Of a stretch of DNA of 64,000 bases, positions 10,392 to 20,337 are shown piece after piece. The stretch spans positions 2,808,046-2,872,045 of the forward strand of contig OZ253499.1 in the NCBI GenBank assembly GCA_965262165.1, read 5' to 3'. Made by a program: the position numbers and the translations under genes. The notes beneath the pieces are model-generated. The model saw nothing but the letters and a program-made list of their open reading frames with translations, did no database searches and had not been told where the DNA came from. The DNA is from Phototrophicaceae bacterium (lineage in GTDB: Bacteria; Chloroflexota; Anaerolineae; Aggregatilineales; Phototrophicaceae). The first letter of the stretch is position 1. Every line of letters begins with the position of its first letter.

Positions 10392-11760
10392 GATGCTCCG
10401 TCTGGTTCAGTTCTAGATTTGCTTGAATCACCCGATCATCCAAATCCGCAAGAGCGGCAGACATTGCGTTTCGCGCGCGTTGGGCATAAGCCTGCTTGCG
10501 TTGCGCCTTGTTTTTGATCTTGATCGTCAGTGACGGTAGAATGCCCAGGTTTGCTTTCATGGGTTGAAATTCTTTTGGCGGGCTATTCGTTACGTAGTGA
10601 CACAGGGCGCCCAACATGGTCTCTTGCGGTGGCACCCATTCGGACAAGCCAGCCAACTGACGCGACATATTGAGCGCGGCAATGAATCCCGTGGCGGTAT
10701 TGCCAACGTAGCCTTCGATGCCGGTGATTTGACCCGCAAAATACAGATTCTGATTCTGACGAAACTGCATGGTTGCGTGCAGGAGTGCCGGCGCGTTCAA
10801 AAAAGTATTGCGGTGCATTTGTCCCATCCGTAAAAATTCGGCGTCTTCCAACCCCGGTACGAGCCTCAATATCTCTTTCTGCTGCTTCCAGCGGATGTTG
10901 GTTTGGAAACCAACGAGATTGTAGAGAGTGCCGGCGATGTTATCTTGCCGCAGTTGCACAACGGCGTAAGGACGACGACCTGTGTGCGGATCGGTCAAAC
11001 CGACCGGACGCATTGGACCATATGCCAAGGTATCATCACCGCGTTTCGCCAACTGCTCGATCGGTACGCAGCCCTCAAAAAAGTTCGGGTCCTCGCGCTC
11101 GAAGTCGCGCAGTTCGATCGTCTCTGCACTTTGCAAGGCGTGAACGAAGCGCAGGTACTGATCCTTGTCCATTGGACAGTTGATATAGTCGCCGCTGGCA
11201 TCCTCGCCTCTCCCGTAGCGATTTGCCGAGAAGGCTCGCTCCATATTGATGCTGCCGGCGTCAACAATGGGTGAGATGGCGTCGTAAAAGTATAAATAGT
11301 CCTCTCCCGTATATCGCGCGATCTCTTTGGCCATCGCCGGCGACGTCAAAGGACCTGTAGCGACGATCGTGGGTGTATGCCAGGGCAACTCGGTTACTTC
11401 CTCACGTTGGACCTCAACCTTAGGGTGCAAATACAATGCTTCGGTGACGCTTTCGGCAAACTTAGTTCGATCTACCGCCAAAGCGCCGCCGGCCGGCACC
11501 GCTGCCTCTTCGGCGCAGCGCAGAAGCAGCGAACCCAGCATTTTCATTTCCGCCTGCAAGATGCCGGTCGCGCGATCTGCCAACTTGGAACCGAGCGAAT
11601 TGCTGCAGACCAATTCCGCCAGTCGGTCACTTACGTGCGCACCGGTCGATCGATGGGGCCGCATTTCGTAGAGCAATACGCTGTGGCCGCGCTCAGCCAG
11701 TTGCCAGGCGGCTTCACAACCGGCCAATCCGCCGCCGATCACTGTCACTTGTTGGTTCAT
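10378..11760 (-). CDS. trmFO: Methylenetetrahydrofolate--tRNA-(uracil-5-)-methyltransferase TrmFO
   Basis: 460 aa. FAD motif VIGGGLAGCEAAWQLA and full-length resemblance to TrmFO/Gid. The 3' end overlaps the hflX start by 14 nt. Confidence 0.9.
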   Translation of the reverse strand: MNQQVTVIGGGLAGCEAAWQLAERGHSVLLYEMRPHRSTGAHVSDRLAELVCSNSLGSKLADRATGILQAEMKMLGSLLLRCAEEAAVPAGGALAVDRTKFAESVTEALYLHPKVEVQREEVTELPWHTPTIVATGPLTSPAMAKEIARYTGEDYLYFYDAISPIVDAGSINMERAFSANRYGRGEDASGDYINCPMDKDQYLRFVHALQSAETIELRDFEREDPNFFEGCVPIEQLAKRGDDTLAYGPMRPVGLTDPHTGRRPYAVVQLRQDNIAGTLYNLVGFQTNIRWKQQKEILRLVPGLEDAEFLRMGQMHRNTFLNAPALLHATMQFRQNQNLYFAGQITGIEGYVGNTATGFIAALNMSRQLAGLSEWVPPQETMLGALCHYVTNSPPKEFQPMKANLGILPSLTIKIKNKAQRKQAYAQRARNAMSAALADLDDRVIQANLELNQTEHHVET

Positions 11761-11775
11761 TTATGCTCTCATCTT

Positions 11776-13038
11776 TTAGAGCCGACGGATAATGATTGAA
11801 GCATTTTGTCCGCCAAGGCCAAAACTGTTGGACATGAGTGTATTGATGCCGGGCACGTCGCGCGCGTCATTGGGTACATAGTCCAAATCGCATTCGGGGT
11901 CCGGCGTATCGTAGTTGACGGTCGGGTGCAAGATTTCGCGTTCTAGCGACATCAGACAGGCCGACAATTCCAGGGAACCGCATCCTGCCATGGCATGTCC
12001 AATCATGCTTTTGGTTGAACTCACTGGAATGTCGTATGCGTATTCGCCAAAGACCTGCTTGATCGCCTTCGTTTCAATCAAATCATTGGCAGCCGTCGAG
12101 GAGCCATGCGCATTGATGTATTCAATCTCGGTCGGCTCGACGCGAGCATCGTCCAATGCCCACTGCATGGCGCGCTGGGCGCCGGCGCCTTCGGGATCGG
12201 GCGCGGCAACGTGGTAGGCGTCGGAAGAGGACGAATAGCCCAGGATCTCGGCATAGATCGCTGCGCCGCGTTGAAGCGCATGTTCCAGGCTTTCGACAAG
12301 AAATACGGCGCCGCCCTCTCCCAAAACGAAGCCGGAGCGATCGGCATCAAATGGCCGACTGGCTGCCGCAGGATTGTCGTTATATTGACGGGTCAAGGCG
12401 CGCGTTGCGCTGAAGCCAGCGAGTATATAATCAAACATCACCGCGTCCACTGCGCCTGCCATCGCGACATCGCATCTGCCAAACTGAATCAGATCTGTCG
12501 CGGTGCCCACCGCTTGAACGCCTGTGGCGCAGGCGACAGATGGCGTCACCAAGGGACCGACAGCGCCCATCATGCGGCTGACATAATGAGAGGGCATGTT
12601 GGGGAGCGCGTTGATAATGCTCATCGGATTGGCGCGCTTGTGTTCGGAATTACGCCAATCGCGTATTCCAGATTCTCCGATTTCGTAGCTGCCGAGCGTC
12701 GTGCCCAATATAGTGGCTACCCGATGTCCGATCTGGGAAATCTCTTCAACTGTAAATCCGGCGTCTTCTACTGCTTGCGCGGCTGCCACGATGGCAAATT
12801 GCGAGGCGCGACCCATACGACGAGCCTGCTTGGAAGGAATGTATTGAGACGAATCAAAGTCTAGAACTTCGGCGCCGATTTTGACGTTCAAGTGTTCCGT
12901 CTCAACATTTTGCAGACGCCGTACTCCGGATCGTCCCTGGCCGATTGCATCCCAGAAATCGTCTTTTGTCCCCAACGGAGAGACGACGCCTAGCCCGGTG
13001 ATAACAACTCGCTTGCGATTATGTCGTGTTAATTGCAT
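11776..13038 (-). CDS. fabF: Beta-ketoacyl-ACP synthase II
   Basis: The ORF reaches 13095, but ATG 13038 (MQLTRHNRKRVVITGLG) gives the canonical FabF N-terminus. It has the active-site Cys context (PSVACATG) and His motifs (NAHGSST, SMIGHAMAG). Confidence 0.9.
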   Translation of the reverse strand: MQLTRHNRKRVVITGLGVVSPLGTKDDFWDAIGQGRSGVRRLQNVETEHLNVKIGAEVLDFDSSQYIPSKQARRMGRASQFAIVAAAQAVEDAGFTVEEISQIGHRVATILGTTLGSYEIGESGIRDWRNSEHKRANPMSIINALPNMPSHYVSRMMGAVGPLVTPSVACATGVQAVGTATDLIQFGRCDVAMAGAVDAVMFDYILAGFSATRALTRQYNDNPAAASRPFDADRSGFVLGEGGAVFLVESLEHALQRGAAIYAEILGYSSSSDAYHVAAPDPEGAGAQRAMQWALDDARVEPTEIEYINAHGSSTAANDLIETKAIKQVFGEYAYDIPVSSTKSMIGHAMAGCGSLELSACLMSLEREILHPTVNYDTPDPECDLDYVPNDARDVPGINTLMSNSFGLGGQNASIIIRRL

Positions 13039-14053
13039 CCTGAGAGACTCCGGTAGGGGACGACTCCTGCGAGATTCCATCACGGATCGCGTCAATCACG
13101 TTTTCCTGCACCGCAGTGCGCGCCTGTTTGATAGCGTTCTTGATGCCAGTTGCAGAGTTCTGACCGTGACCAATTATGACTACGCCATTAACTCCCAAAA
13201 GGGGCGCCCCGCCAATCTCGGAAGTATCAACCCTGCGCCGGATACGATTGAACGCTGGCCGCGCAAGAGCACCGCCAACCGTTGAAATCGGGTCGTTGCG
13301 GATTTCCTGGCGAATCAGTGTGGCAACATACTGTGCAGTTGCTTCAAACATTTTGAGCACGATGTTTCCGACGAAACCATCCATTACGATGACATCCGCG
13401 ACCGAACCCATAAGTTGAACGGGTTCGACATTGCCGACGAAGTTCAGTTTGCTTCGGGTCAGTATATCCGCAGCTTCGCGAATGAGCAGGTTGCCTTTGG
13501 TATTTTCCGCGCCATTGGACAAAAGGGCAATGCGCGGCTGGGGATAACCGAGTACGCGCTGCGCATAGATACTTCCCATCACCGCAAACTGGGTGACCCA
13601 TTCGGCTTTGACATCGGTATTGGCGCCAACGTCGAGAAAAATCATGCGATGATCATTGATCGGAAACAAAGCAGAAAGCACCGGTCTTTTGACACCATGA
13701 ATCCGACGTAAGGTCTTCAATGTCGCGATCGCATGCACTGCGCCGGTATTGCCCATCGTGACAAAAGCGTCGACGTCACCCGTTTTGACAGCATCAAGCG
13801 CGACGAGAATTGACGAAGTCGCTTTCGACTTAAGAACGTCCGTCGGTTTCTCATCCATTGCGATATCGTGCGGCGCATGCAGTATCTCTACTTTGCCGTT
13901 GTTGACATCCAGCTTCTTTAATTCACTTTCGATTAAGGGCTGGTCGCCAACTAGCACAATGGTATCGCCAAACTCGTTTGCGGCCAGGACACCACCGGCG
14001 ACGTCCACAACTGGACGGGAATCCGTACCCATCGCATCCACAGCAATGCGCAT
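13019..14053 (-). CDS. plsX: Phosphate acyltransferase PlsX
   Basis: The ORF reaches 14122, but ATG 14053 gives MRIAVDAMGTDSRP, the canonical PlsX start. The resemblance is full-length. The classical plsX-fabF linkage is present. Confidence 0.9.
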   Translation of the reverse strand: MRIAVDAMGTDSRPVVDVAGGVLAANEFGDTIVLVGDQPLIESELKKLDVNNGKVEILHAPHDIAMDEKPTDVLKSKATSSILVALDAVKTGDVDAFVTMGNTGAVHAIATLKTLRRIHGVKRPVLSALFPINDHRMIFLDVGANTDVKAEWVTQFAVMGSIYAQRVLGYPQPRIALLSNGAENTKGNLLIREAADILTRSKLNFVGNVEPVQLMGSVADVIVMDGFVGNIVLKMFEATAQYVATLIRQEIRNDPISTVGGALARPAFNRIRRRVDTSEIGGAPLLGVNGVVIIGHGQNSATGIKNAIKQARTAVQENVIDAIRDGISQESSPTGVSQDAINTT

Positions 14054-14203
14054 GTATCCATGACTTTCTCTGGAACAGCCAAATTCAACAGGACCCAATA
14101 ATAAGGCAGGAAGTGGGCTCACTCAAGATCAATTAAGGACAATAGGGGAATGTGCAGAGGATTGACAATGGCAACGAAAACAAGTTATTATGCGCACCAT
14201 GTT

Positions 14204-14285
14204 GCCCTGATGGCGGAACTGGCAGACGCGCACGGTTGAGGGCCGTGTCCCTAACGGGGTGGAGGTTCGAGTCCTCTTCAGGGCA
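14204..14285 (+). tRNA. tRNA-Leu (anticodon GAG), class II with long variable arm
   Basis: Hand-folded. Acceptor GCCCTGA/TCAGGGC plus discriminator A. Anticodon arm CACGG-TTGAGGG-CCGTG. Long variable arm. T-arm GGAGG-TTCGAGT-CCTCT. No encoded CCA. Confidence 0.9.
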
Positions 14286-14294
14286 TCCTATCCG

Positions 14295-14320
14295 GCTTGC
14301 CGTTGTTGGCAAGCTTTTTT
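14295..14320 (+). terminator. Rho-independent terminator after tRNA-Leu
   Basis: GCTTGCC-gttgtt-GGCAAGC is a perfect 7-bp stem, followed directly by TTTTTT. Confidence 0.8.
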
Positions 14321-14388
14321 GTTGCGCACAATATGAAGCAGATGTAAACTGCCTTTGGAGAAACCGGGCCTTTAAGAAGGACACTTGC

Positions 14389-15453
14389 ATGAGTGAATCC
14401 ACCGACGCGATATTGCGCCGGGCGCACCAGTTGATTGAAGGCAATCAGCTTGAGCGAGCGCAAGAAGTATTGGCGCCTTTGCTTGAGACCGAGAGCAACA
14501 ACCCGGCGGTATGGTGGGTATATTCTCATGCAGCTACCGACAGCGCAATCGGTCTCGCCGCGCTTGAACGTGTGCTGCAGTTGGATCAAACCTATCCCGG
14601 CGCTCGTGAACTCAAAGCGGATGCTCTATCCGCGCAAGGTCTTGTAGCGAGCGAACTGGACACTGAGTTCGAATTGGCGAGTGCCCACTCGTCACCGCTC
14701 GACGAAAACGGCATTGACGATTGGGAATCCATAAAACCCGCGGTCGAAGGTGTATCTACTGGTCCGCGAACGGGACGCGGTTTTGTGCTGATAATCGTGG
14801 CGCTCTTGGCTTTGGCATCTGGCGCCGTGCTTGTCCTATCGGGCGCCATAAATATCGATGAGATCGTGTCGCTGTTTACAGAACCGACAGACGAGCCAAT
14901 CATTGTGGTTGCGGCGCCAACCGATGAAGCAACCGCTACCTCATTGCCCGTGCAGCCCGAATCGACTGACGAGCCGACCGTTGTGGCAACAGACATCGCG
15001 CCAACCGCCACCGGCGAACCCGCTGGAGAGCCAACGCCGCAGCCGACAGATGAAACGGAATCGCTGTCTGAGCCGACAATGGTCGCTACAATGTCTCCCT
15101 CAGCGGTAACGACATTCATCGAACGTGTCGCTGGGCAGCTCACTGACTTTTCGATAGACGAGTCTCAGAGCGCAGCAAGAGAGACACAACTCGGTATGAC
15201 TATCGATATTCTCGTGTGTGCTGCGCCTGGGCCAGAATTCAACCTGCGGCTTAACGGCGTCATGGATGCAGCGGTAAGCGTACATGAGAGCATCCCCGCG
15301 CAAACCGAGGCCTTCGCGGTGAGCCTGGTCAATTGCGATGACCCAAACGCAAGTGTACGGACAATTGGAGTGGCGCGTAGCATCCTGGATGATTTCGCCG
15401 AGGGTGAGATAGACGCCAAAACGTTCCAGCGAGCTTGGCGCCCCTTAGCCTAA
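14389..15453 (+). CDS. Membrane-anchored protein: N-terminal TPR-like helical domain, one TM helix, acidic Pro/Thr/Glu linker, C-terminal globular domain
   Basis: The ORF-track start (14152) runs through the tRNA-Leu gene and its terminator. The first in-frame ATG after the terminator is 14389 (MSESTDAILRRAHQLIEGNQLERAQ). The TM segment is FVLIIVALLALASGAVLVL. The linker is PTDEPIIVVAAPTDEATATSLPVQPESTDEPT. Confidence 0.6.
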   Translation: MSESTDAILRRAHQLIEGNQLERAQEVLAPLLETESNNPAVWWVYSHAATDSAIGLAALERVLQLDQTYPGARELKADALSAQGLVASELDTEFELASAHSSPLDENGIDDWESIKPAVEGVSTGPRTGRGFVLIIVALLALASGAVLVLSGAINIDEIVSLFTEPTDEPIIVVAAPTDEATATSLPVQPESTDEPTVVATDIAPTATGEPAGEPTPQPTDETESLSEPTMVATMSPSAVTTFIERVAGQLTDFSIDESQSAARETQLGMTIDILVCAAPGPEFNLRLNGVMDAAVSVHESIPAQTEAFAVSLVNCDDPNASVRTIGVARSILDDFAEGEIDAKTFQRAWRPLA

Positions 15454-15620
15454 TATTTTAGACATTTCCTTGTGTTCGATATGCTTAGTATCGAGCCTAT
15501 GTAAATTGCCGTGAATGAATAGAATATCTTGTGGGCAACAGCCTGTGATTCGTCTTGCAACGCCGATTCCAATTGTGGCAAACAGCGGGACATGTGCATG
15601 CAGATATCAAGAGAAGCATC

Positions 15621-16079
15621 ATGACGGACGGACGAAAAGTCATCAGCAAGAATCGCAAGGCGCACCGAGACTATTTGATCAATGATCGCTATGATGCCGG
15701 TATGGTGCTCTTGGGGTCGGAGATTAAATCGATTCGCGCGCATCGTATCAGCATTGGCGATGGCTTTGTGCAAGAGAAAGACCGCGAACTCTGGCTGATG
15801 AATACGCATATCGCCCCGTATGAGCAGGCGCGGCATTTCGGACATACCGATCCGCGGCGACCTCGTAAACTCTTGCTGCATCGACGCGAGATCAACCGGA
15901 TCATTACTCGAATTCGGCAATACGGCATGACTGCTATTCCCTTGCAAGTCTATCTGGAGCGGGGGCGGGCAAAGGTTGAGATCGGCGTTGCAAAAGGCAA
16001 GCGACAGTATGACAAGCGCGCTGACTTGGCAAAACGCGATGCCGATCGCCAAATTGCGAGAGCGCTTAAGGAGCGTTAG
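15621..16079 (+). CDS. smpB: SsrA-binding protein SmpB
   Basis: Starting at ATG 15621 gives MTDGRKVISKNRKAHRDY...GSEIKS...RKLLLHRREI, the canonical SmpB sequence. Confidence 0.92.
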   Translation: MTDGRKVISKNRKAHRDYLINDRYDAGMVLLGSEIKSIRAHRISIGDGFVQEKDRELWLMNTHIAPYEQARHFGHTDPRRPRKLLLHRREINRIITRIRQYGMTAIPLQVYLERGRAKVEIGVAKGKRQYDKRADLAKRDADRQIARALKER

Positions 16080-16171
16080 TGGCCCGGCAGACGACACGAC
16101 CGTTGAATGGCGTTCTGTAGAATGTTAGAATCGCCACACTTAAACAGGCCTTCCAGAGACTAAACCAAGCT

Positions 16172-17191
16172 ATGGCAAACTCCAACAACCAGAAGCCCCG
16201 GGTATTGTCGGGGATTCAGCCTTCAGGCAACTTGACAATCGGTAACTACCTTGGCGCCTTGAAGCAGTGGGTCGAAGTCCAGCGGGACTATGATTGCTTT
16301 TATTGCGTGGTCGATCTTCACGCTATCACCGTTGCGCAGGATCCCGTCGAGCTGCGGCAGAAAACCCGCGAAAGCGCCGCCATGTATATTGCGGCAGGCA
16401 TTGACCCTGAAGTCTCGACGATTTTTGTACAGTCGCACATTCCCGCACATTCCGAATTGGCTTGGATGATGACTTGTATGGCGCCGCTGGGATGGCTTCA
16501 GCGCATGACGCAGTTCAAGGACAAGGCGGCAAAGCAAAACCAGGACTCTATAGGCGCCGGCTTGCTCAGTTATCCTTCGCTGATGGCGGCCGATATTCTG
16601 CTTTATCACGCCAATCTGGTACCGGTAGGGGACGATCAACGGCAGCACCTCGAATTCACTCGCGATCTGGCACAGCGGTTCAACCATTTGTATGGCGAGA
16701 CCTTTACATTGCCCGAGGTCATGACACCCAAAGCGGGCGCTCGGGTCATGGGTCTGGACAATCCAACGGCAAAAATGTCCAAGAGCGATGACTCGGAAAA
16801 CCACGCCGTCTATCTGCTTGATGATTTGTCACGCGCCAGAAAAAAGATCATGCGTGCGGTCACCGATTCTTTTCGCGAGATCCGCTTCAGTGACGAACGG
16901 GAACGCGCCGGGGTCAACAATTTGCTGACCATTTATCAGGCGATCAGCAACGATTCGCGCGAGGTTATCGAGCAGGACTTCGCAGATAAGGGTTATGGCG
17001 ACTTAAAGAAAGCTGTCGCTGAATCTGTTTTGTCGACGCTCGAGCCCTTGCAAGCGCGCTACAACGAACTGATGAACGAAGCGGGATATCTGGATTCTGT
17101 ACTCAAGCTGGGTCGAGAGAAGGCGAGCGCAGTCGCGGAACAGACGCTGAAACTCGCGAAGGATCGCATGGGAATCCTGGCGCCATCTTGA
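16172..17191 (+). CDS. trpS: Tryptophan--tRNA ligase
   Basis: 339 aa. Class I signature region (SGIQPSGNLTIGNYLG), the KMSKS motif (AKMSKSD) and full-length TrpRS resemblance. Confidence 0.92.
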   Translation: MANSNNQKPRVLSGIQPSGNLTIGNYLGALKQWVEVQRDYDCFYCVVDLHAITVAQDPVELRQKTRESAAMYIAAGIDPEVSTIFVQSHIPAHSELAWMMTCMAPLGWLQRMTQFKDKAAKQNQDSIGAGLLSYPSLMAADILLYHANLVPVGDDQRQHLEFTRDLAQRFNHLYGETFTLPEVMTPKAGARVMGLDNPTAKMSKSDDSENHAVYLLDDLSRARKKIMRAVTDSFREIRFSDERERAGVNNLLTIYQAISNDSREVIEQDFADKGYGDLKKAVAESVLSTLEPLQARYNELMNEAGYLDSVLKLGREKASAVAEQTLKLAKDRMGILAPS

Positions 17192-17226
17192 CCGTTGCTT
17201 TATGCTGAATTAAAATCTTTGCTCAA

Positions 17227-17299
17227 GCCCCATTCGTCTAGTGGCCTAGGACGTGGCCCTCTCAAGGCCAAAACAGGAGTTCGACTCTCCTATGGGGCA
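17227..17299 (+). tRNA. tRNA-Glu (anticodon CTC)
   Basis: Hand-folded. Acceptor GCCCCAT/ATGGGGC plus A. Anticodon arm TGGCC-CTCTCAA-GGCCA. T-arm AGGAG-TTCGACT-CTCCT. The 5' half GCCCCATTCGTCTAGTGGCCTAGGAC is typical of tRNA-Glu. Confidence 0.9.
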
Positions 17300-17623
17300 C
17301 AAAAGGTGTGAACCCTAAACGCCGCAATTCTTTGCCGCAGCGATCCGGACGGTCCCGCCTGCACAATCTGACAAACCTCACCGTACAATATCAGCCGGCG
17401 CACGATTGATTTGGTCCTCAAGTTCCTCCCGAGTCACATAAACGGCATCGGATCTTTGCAGAGTGAATCATCATGCATCATCTGGACCGGATATATCAAA
17501 TGTTAAGTCTATAGAAACAGATGTATAAAGAGTTAAATAGTGCTTACGCTTGTGATCTAGGAAGACTGAGACGAGATCCTCTGTCCGACAGCTTCCAGAA
17601 TCCAGAATAGGAATTCATTGCGG

Positions 17624-18235
17624 ATGACCTCTAGCTATTTGATCCCCGCTGGACAGGCTCGAACGGAGATTGTCATCAAGAAATCGCGATTCATAACGAC
17701 TGTGCAACTTGCGGCCTCAGTTCAAGATGCTCGCGCTGTGATCGCGGGCGTGCGCGCCGAAATGCCGGATGCAAGTCACCACGTTTACGCGTTCCGCGTC
17801 GGCTTCGGAAATTCCGTGACGGAGGGAATGAGCGACGATGGCGAACCAAAGGGCACATCAGGCCCTCCCACTCTGGCGGTGGTTCGTGGTTCGGGCATAG
17901 GCGACATCGCGTTGGTGACCACTCGTTACTTTGGCGGAACCAAGCTAGGAACAGGTGGCTTGGTCCGCGCCTATACGGAGTCTGCGCAGGAAGCGTTGTC
18001 AATGTTGAAAACGGAGCTCAAAGTCGAGAAGCGAGTGGTCGGTCTAGAGATGCCCTATTCACTCTATGACATTGTCAAACGGCTGATCGCGACCTACCAC
18101 GGAGAGATCCAGGAAGAAGAATTTGGTATCCAGGTCTTGATCATAGTGAGATTCGTCACTCATGATTTGTCGGCGTTTTCCGGGGACCTGCAGGAGCGCA
18201 CCTCTGCGCAGGTTTCCGTGGTCAATCTGTCGTAA
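17624..18235 (+). CDS. yigZ: YigZ / IMPACT-family (UPF0029) protein
   Basis: IKKSRFITTV...HHVYAF...DDGEPKGTSGPP...TRYFGGTKLG are the conserved IMPACT N-terminal motifs. ATG 17624 lies 6 nt inside the TTG-initiated ORF. Confidence 0.8.
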   Translation: MTSSYLIPAGQARTEIVIKKSRFITTVQLAASVQDARAVIAGVRAEMPDASHHVYAFRVGFGNSVTEGMSDDGEPKGTSGPPTLAVVRGSGIGDIALVTTRYFGGTKLGTGGLVRAYTESAQEALSMLKTELKVEKRVVGLEMPYSLYDIVKRLIATYHGEIQEEEFGIQVLIIVRFVTHDLSAFSGDLQERTSAQVSVVNLS

Positions 18236-18237
18236 CT

Positions 18238-20256
18238 TTAGTCTGGCATGCTCTCGGCGATGAAGCGCCTCAATTGCATCAGCGCGCCGTGTGATGGCGC
18301 AATACTCTCCGCCCGCTCGATGTATTGTTTGGCGTCCCCAAGCTGTCCGTTTTCAACCAAATAGCTCGCTGTTTGCGCCAACAACGAAACATTGTTGGGG
18401 AAATCGACAATCCCGGCATTCAACGTTTCGATGGCGTCTTCGCGCCTCATGCGAGACCACTGGCTCTGCGCCAAACTCAGGACGATGCGAGGATGGTTAC
18501 CAGCTCGATTGTTTGCTTCGTTCAGCACCTCGATGGCACTGTCGCTATCTTGCCAGCTCAAATAGCAGCGTGACAATATGACATAGAGGTCAACCATTTT
18601 TGGAGCGATTTCAATGGCTTCTTCCAGCAGTTCCACATCGCTTTCGCGAATGGGACGCTTCGCATTTAGCAGTACTTTGATCTCGGCAAAACTCTGCTCA
18701 AAATCCGGTCGATCGGCATATAGTTCCAGCCTCTGCAATTCCAATTCCACTTCATCATCAATGTCTTCAATCGATTGCCTGCATTCTTGCAGTTGTTGCT
18801 TCGCCATTTCATAGTTGCCGTCGACTATCGCTAGTTGCGCGAGATTGGTATACGCGTAAAGATTCTCTTCGGCCTCGCTTATGGCATTTTGCAGGATTTC
18901 ATACGCCGGCCTCAGCGGTTCGACATCGGCCAACCGTTCGATAATCTCGCCGACGTACATTGAGCTCTCATCACGTTTGACTAGGTGCTCGAAATACTCC
19001 CACAATTGAAGGTCTCCGATGTCAATCATGTACATCAATGACAATTGCAAAGCTTGCAGATTGTCTGGGTTCAGATCCAGCAGTCTTTTCAGCGCGTCGA
19101 CGATCTCGCTGGGAATCTGTTGACCGTCTTCGATGTCCTCCGGATCAATCAACAGCACATCTTCGATCATCCAGTCGTTCGCTTCAGACATAATCAAGAG
19201 CTCGGCATACTTCCAGTACAATGCATGATGCTCGATTCCGGCTTCTAACGCTCGTTGGCAGGCGTCGATCGCGTCCGAAGCCATTCCGGCATCGAGACAG
19301 ATCGAAATCAACGTATACCAGACGCTTGGTTCTGTATTATCTGCCACCAGATCCTCGAGCATCGCTACCGTGCCATCAACATAGCCCAACCTGCTCATGC
19401 CCAGCGCTGCCAGTGCCTTGCCTTGCGCGGCCGAGTCTTCGTCCCCAAACGCACGATCAATGTGAGGTACGATGACTTCGCCGATTTCCTCCAGACCCAA
19501 TTGCATCACTTGCTGGCAAATCATCCCCAAGCACCAGTAGGCGAAACCAGTGCCAATCTGGCGACAGACTGCGGCCAGCGACAGGAATTGTGTCTCGATT
19601 TCGCCGGCCGGCCACTCGACACCCCAGTTGCTCAGATAAAGATCCAGATTCCATCCAAACACATCTTCGAGCATGCTATGAAGCACTGTAGATTCCTGTT
19701 CGAACTGAGGGTATCCAAGCGCGAGATGAAGTGGCTCCTGGTCAAACAGATTCGCCACAAGATCGGCGGCAACACTTGGCAGCGCCCCAATAAGCTCCGG
19801 TATACTCTGATAGCTGAAGGTCAGACGAGCTTCGACGTCCGTGTTGATCAAGCTCGTGTCGAGGTATAGTTGCAGTTTTGTCGTCGCCTCTTCAAAGATT
19901 GCGGACCCGTAGAGCGCCACGTTATCGTCGAGTCCTTCAAATTCCCAGTCCGCTGGTGTGAACTGGTAGTCTTCGCTGCTGATGTCGCTGTCGTCATCTT
20001 CCGCTTCGATCTTGGCAAAGCAGCGGTATACCTTGATTCCCGGACACTGCTCCAGCATGTAACAGAGACAGGATGCGATCCCCATCGCCAGGTCGGGCCT
20101 TCTATCGCAAATGATTGGATAGACGGCGATGCGATAGGGATCCTCAGTATTGATGGTGTCCGCGAGAATCGCTGTGCTGCCAAAAATCGAGGAAGCCGCT
20201 TGACCGGGGACAGCGCGCCGGCCTACCGACTTTATTCTCTCTGCTGCGTTCAACAT
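18238..20256 (-). CDS. TPR-repeat protein (cytoplasmic, acidic)
   Basis: 672 aa. The C-terminal two-thirds has recurrent 34-aa TPR-like helices (e.g. YEMAKQQLQECRQS, AIEVLNEANNRAGNHPR, LGDAKQYIERAESIAPSH). No signal peptide. Confidence 0.6.
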   Translation of the reverse strand: MLNAAERIKSVGRRAVPGQAASSIFGSTAILADTINTEDPYRIAVYPIICDRRPDLAMGIASCLCYMLEQCPGIKVYRCFAKIEAEDDDSDISSEDYQFTPADWEFEGLDDNVALYGSAIFEEATTKLQLYLDTSLINTDVEARLTFSYQSIPELIGALPSVAADLVANLFDQEPLHLALGYPQFEQESTVLHSMLEDVFGWNLDLYLSNWGVEWPAGEIETQFLSLAAVCRQIGTGFAYWCLGMICQQVMQLGLEEIGEVIVPHIDRAFGDEDSAAQGKALAALGMSRLGYVDGTVAMLEDLVADNTEPSVWYTLISICLDAGMASDAIDACQRALEAGIEHHALYWKYAELLIMSEANDWMIEDVLLIDPEDIEDGQQIPSEIVDALKRLLDLNPDNLQALQLSLMYMIDIGDLQLWEYFEHLVKRDESSMYVGEIIERLADVEPLRPAYEILQNAISEAEENLYAYTNLAQLAIVDGNYEMAKQQLQECRQSIEDIDDEVELELQRLELYADRPDFEQSFAEIKVLLNAKRPIRESDVELLEEAIEIAPKMVDLYVILSRCYLSWQDSDSAIEVLNEANNRAGNHPRIVLSLAQSQWSRMRREDAIETLNAGIVDFPNNVSLLAQTASYLVENGQLGDAKQYIERAESIAPSHGALMQLRRFIAESMPD

Positions 20257-20272
20257 ATGTCGTGCCCCAATA

Positions 20273-20302
20273 AATACACCCCATCGGATGATGGGGTGTA
20301 TT
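20273..20302 (-). terminator. Strong hairpin (13-bp perfect stem) between the SH3b gene and the TPR gene; probable intrinsic terminator or attenuator
   Basis: AATACACCCCATC-ggat-GATGGGGTGTATT. On the minus strand it is followed by TTATT. It lies 36 nt downstream of the SH3b gene stop and 17 nt upstream of the TPR gene ATG. Confidence 0.5.
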
Positions 20303-20337
20303 CTATCTGTAGTGCTGAAGATAAGCCAGAACGCTGT

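Noticed and set aside
12106-12864. A 252-aa plus-strand ORF inside fabF. Similar cases are 41208..41756 inside the ABC ATPase gene, 7027..7527 inside the methyltransferase gene and 3663..4340 inside the 1063-aa gene.
   Set aside because: These are shadow ORFs on the opposite strand or in an alternative frame of genes with clear family signatures.
14152-14388. N-terminal extension of the 433-aa ORF (14152..15453), and the antisense ORF 14133..14444.
   Set aside because: Both overlap the tRNA-Leu gene and its strong terminator. The real CDS most likely starts at ATG 14389.
15450-16097. A 215-aa minus-strand ORF.
   Set aside because: It lies completely opposite smpB, whose translation is canonical. 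The ORF has no recognisable motifs.
16080-16171. A possible T-box leader upstream of trpS.
   Set aside because: The spacer is only about 90 nt. It has no specifier-loop or antiterminator-like structure and no T-box consensus that I can see.
17192-17617. A possible integrated mobile element at tRNA-Glu.
   Set aside because: I could find no integrase, transposase or phage gene, and no direct repeat of the tRNA 3' end. The flanking genes are housekeeping genes.
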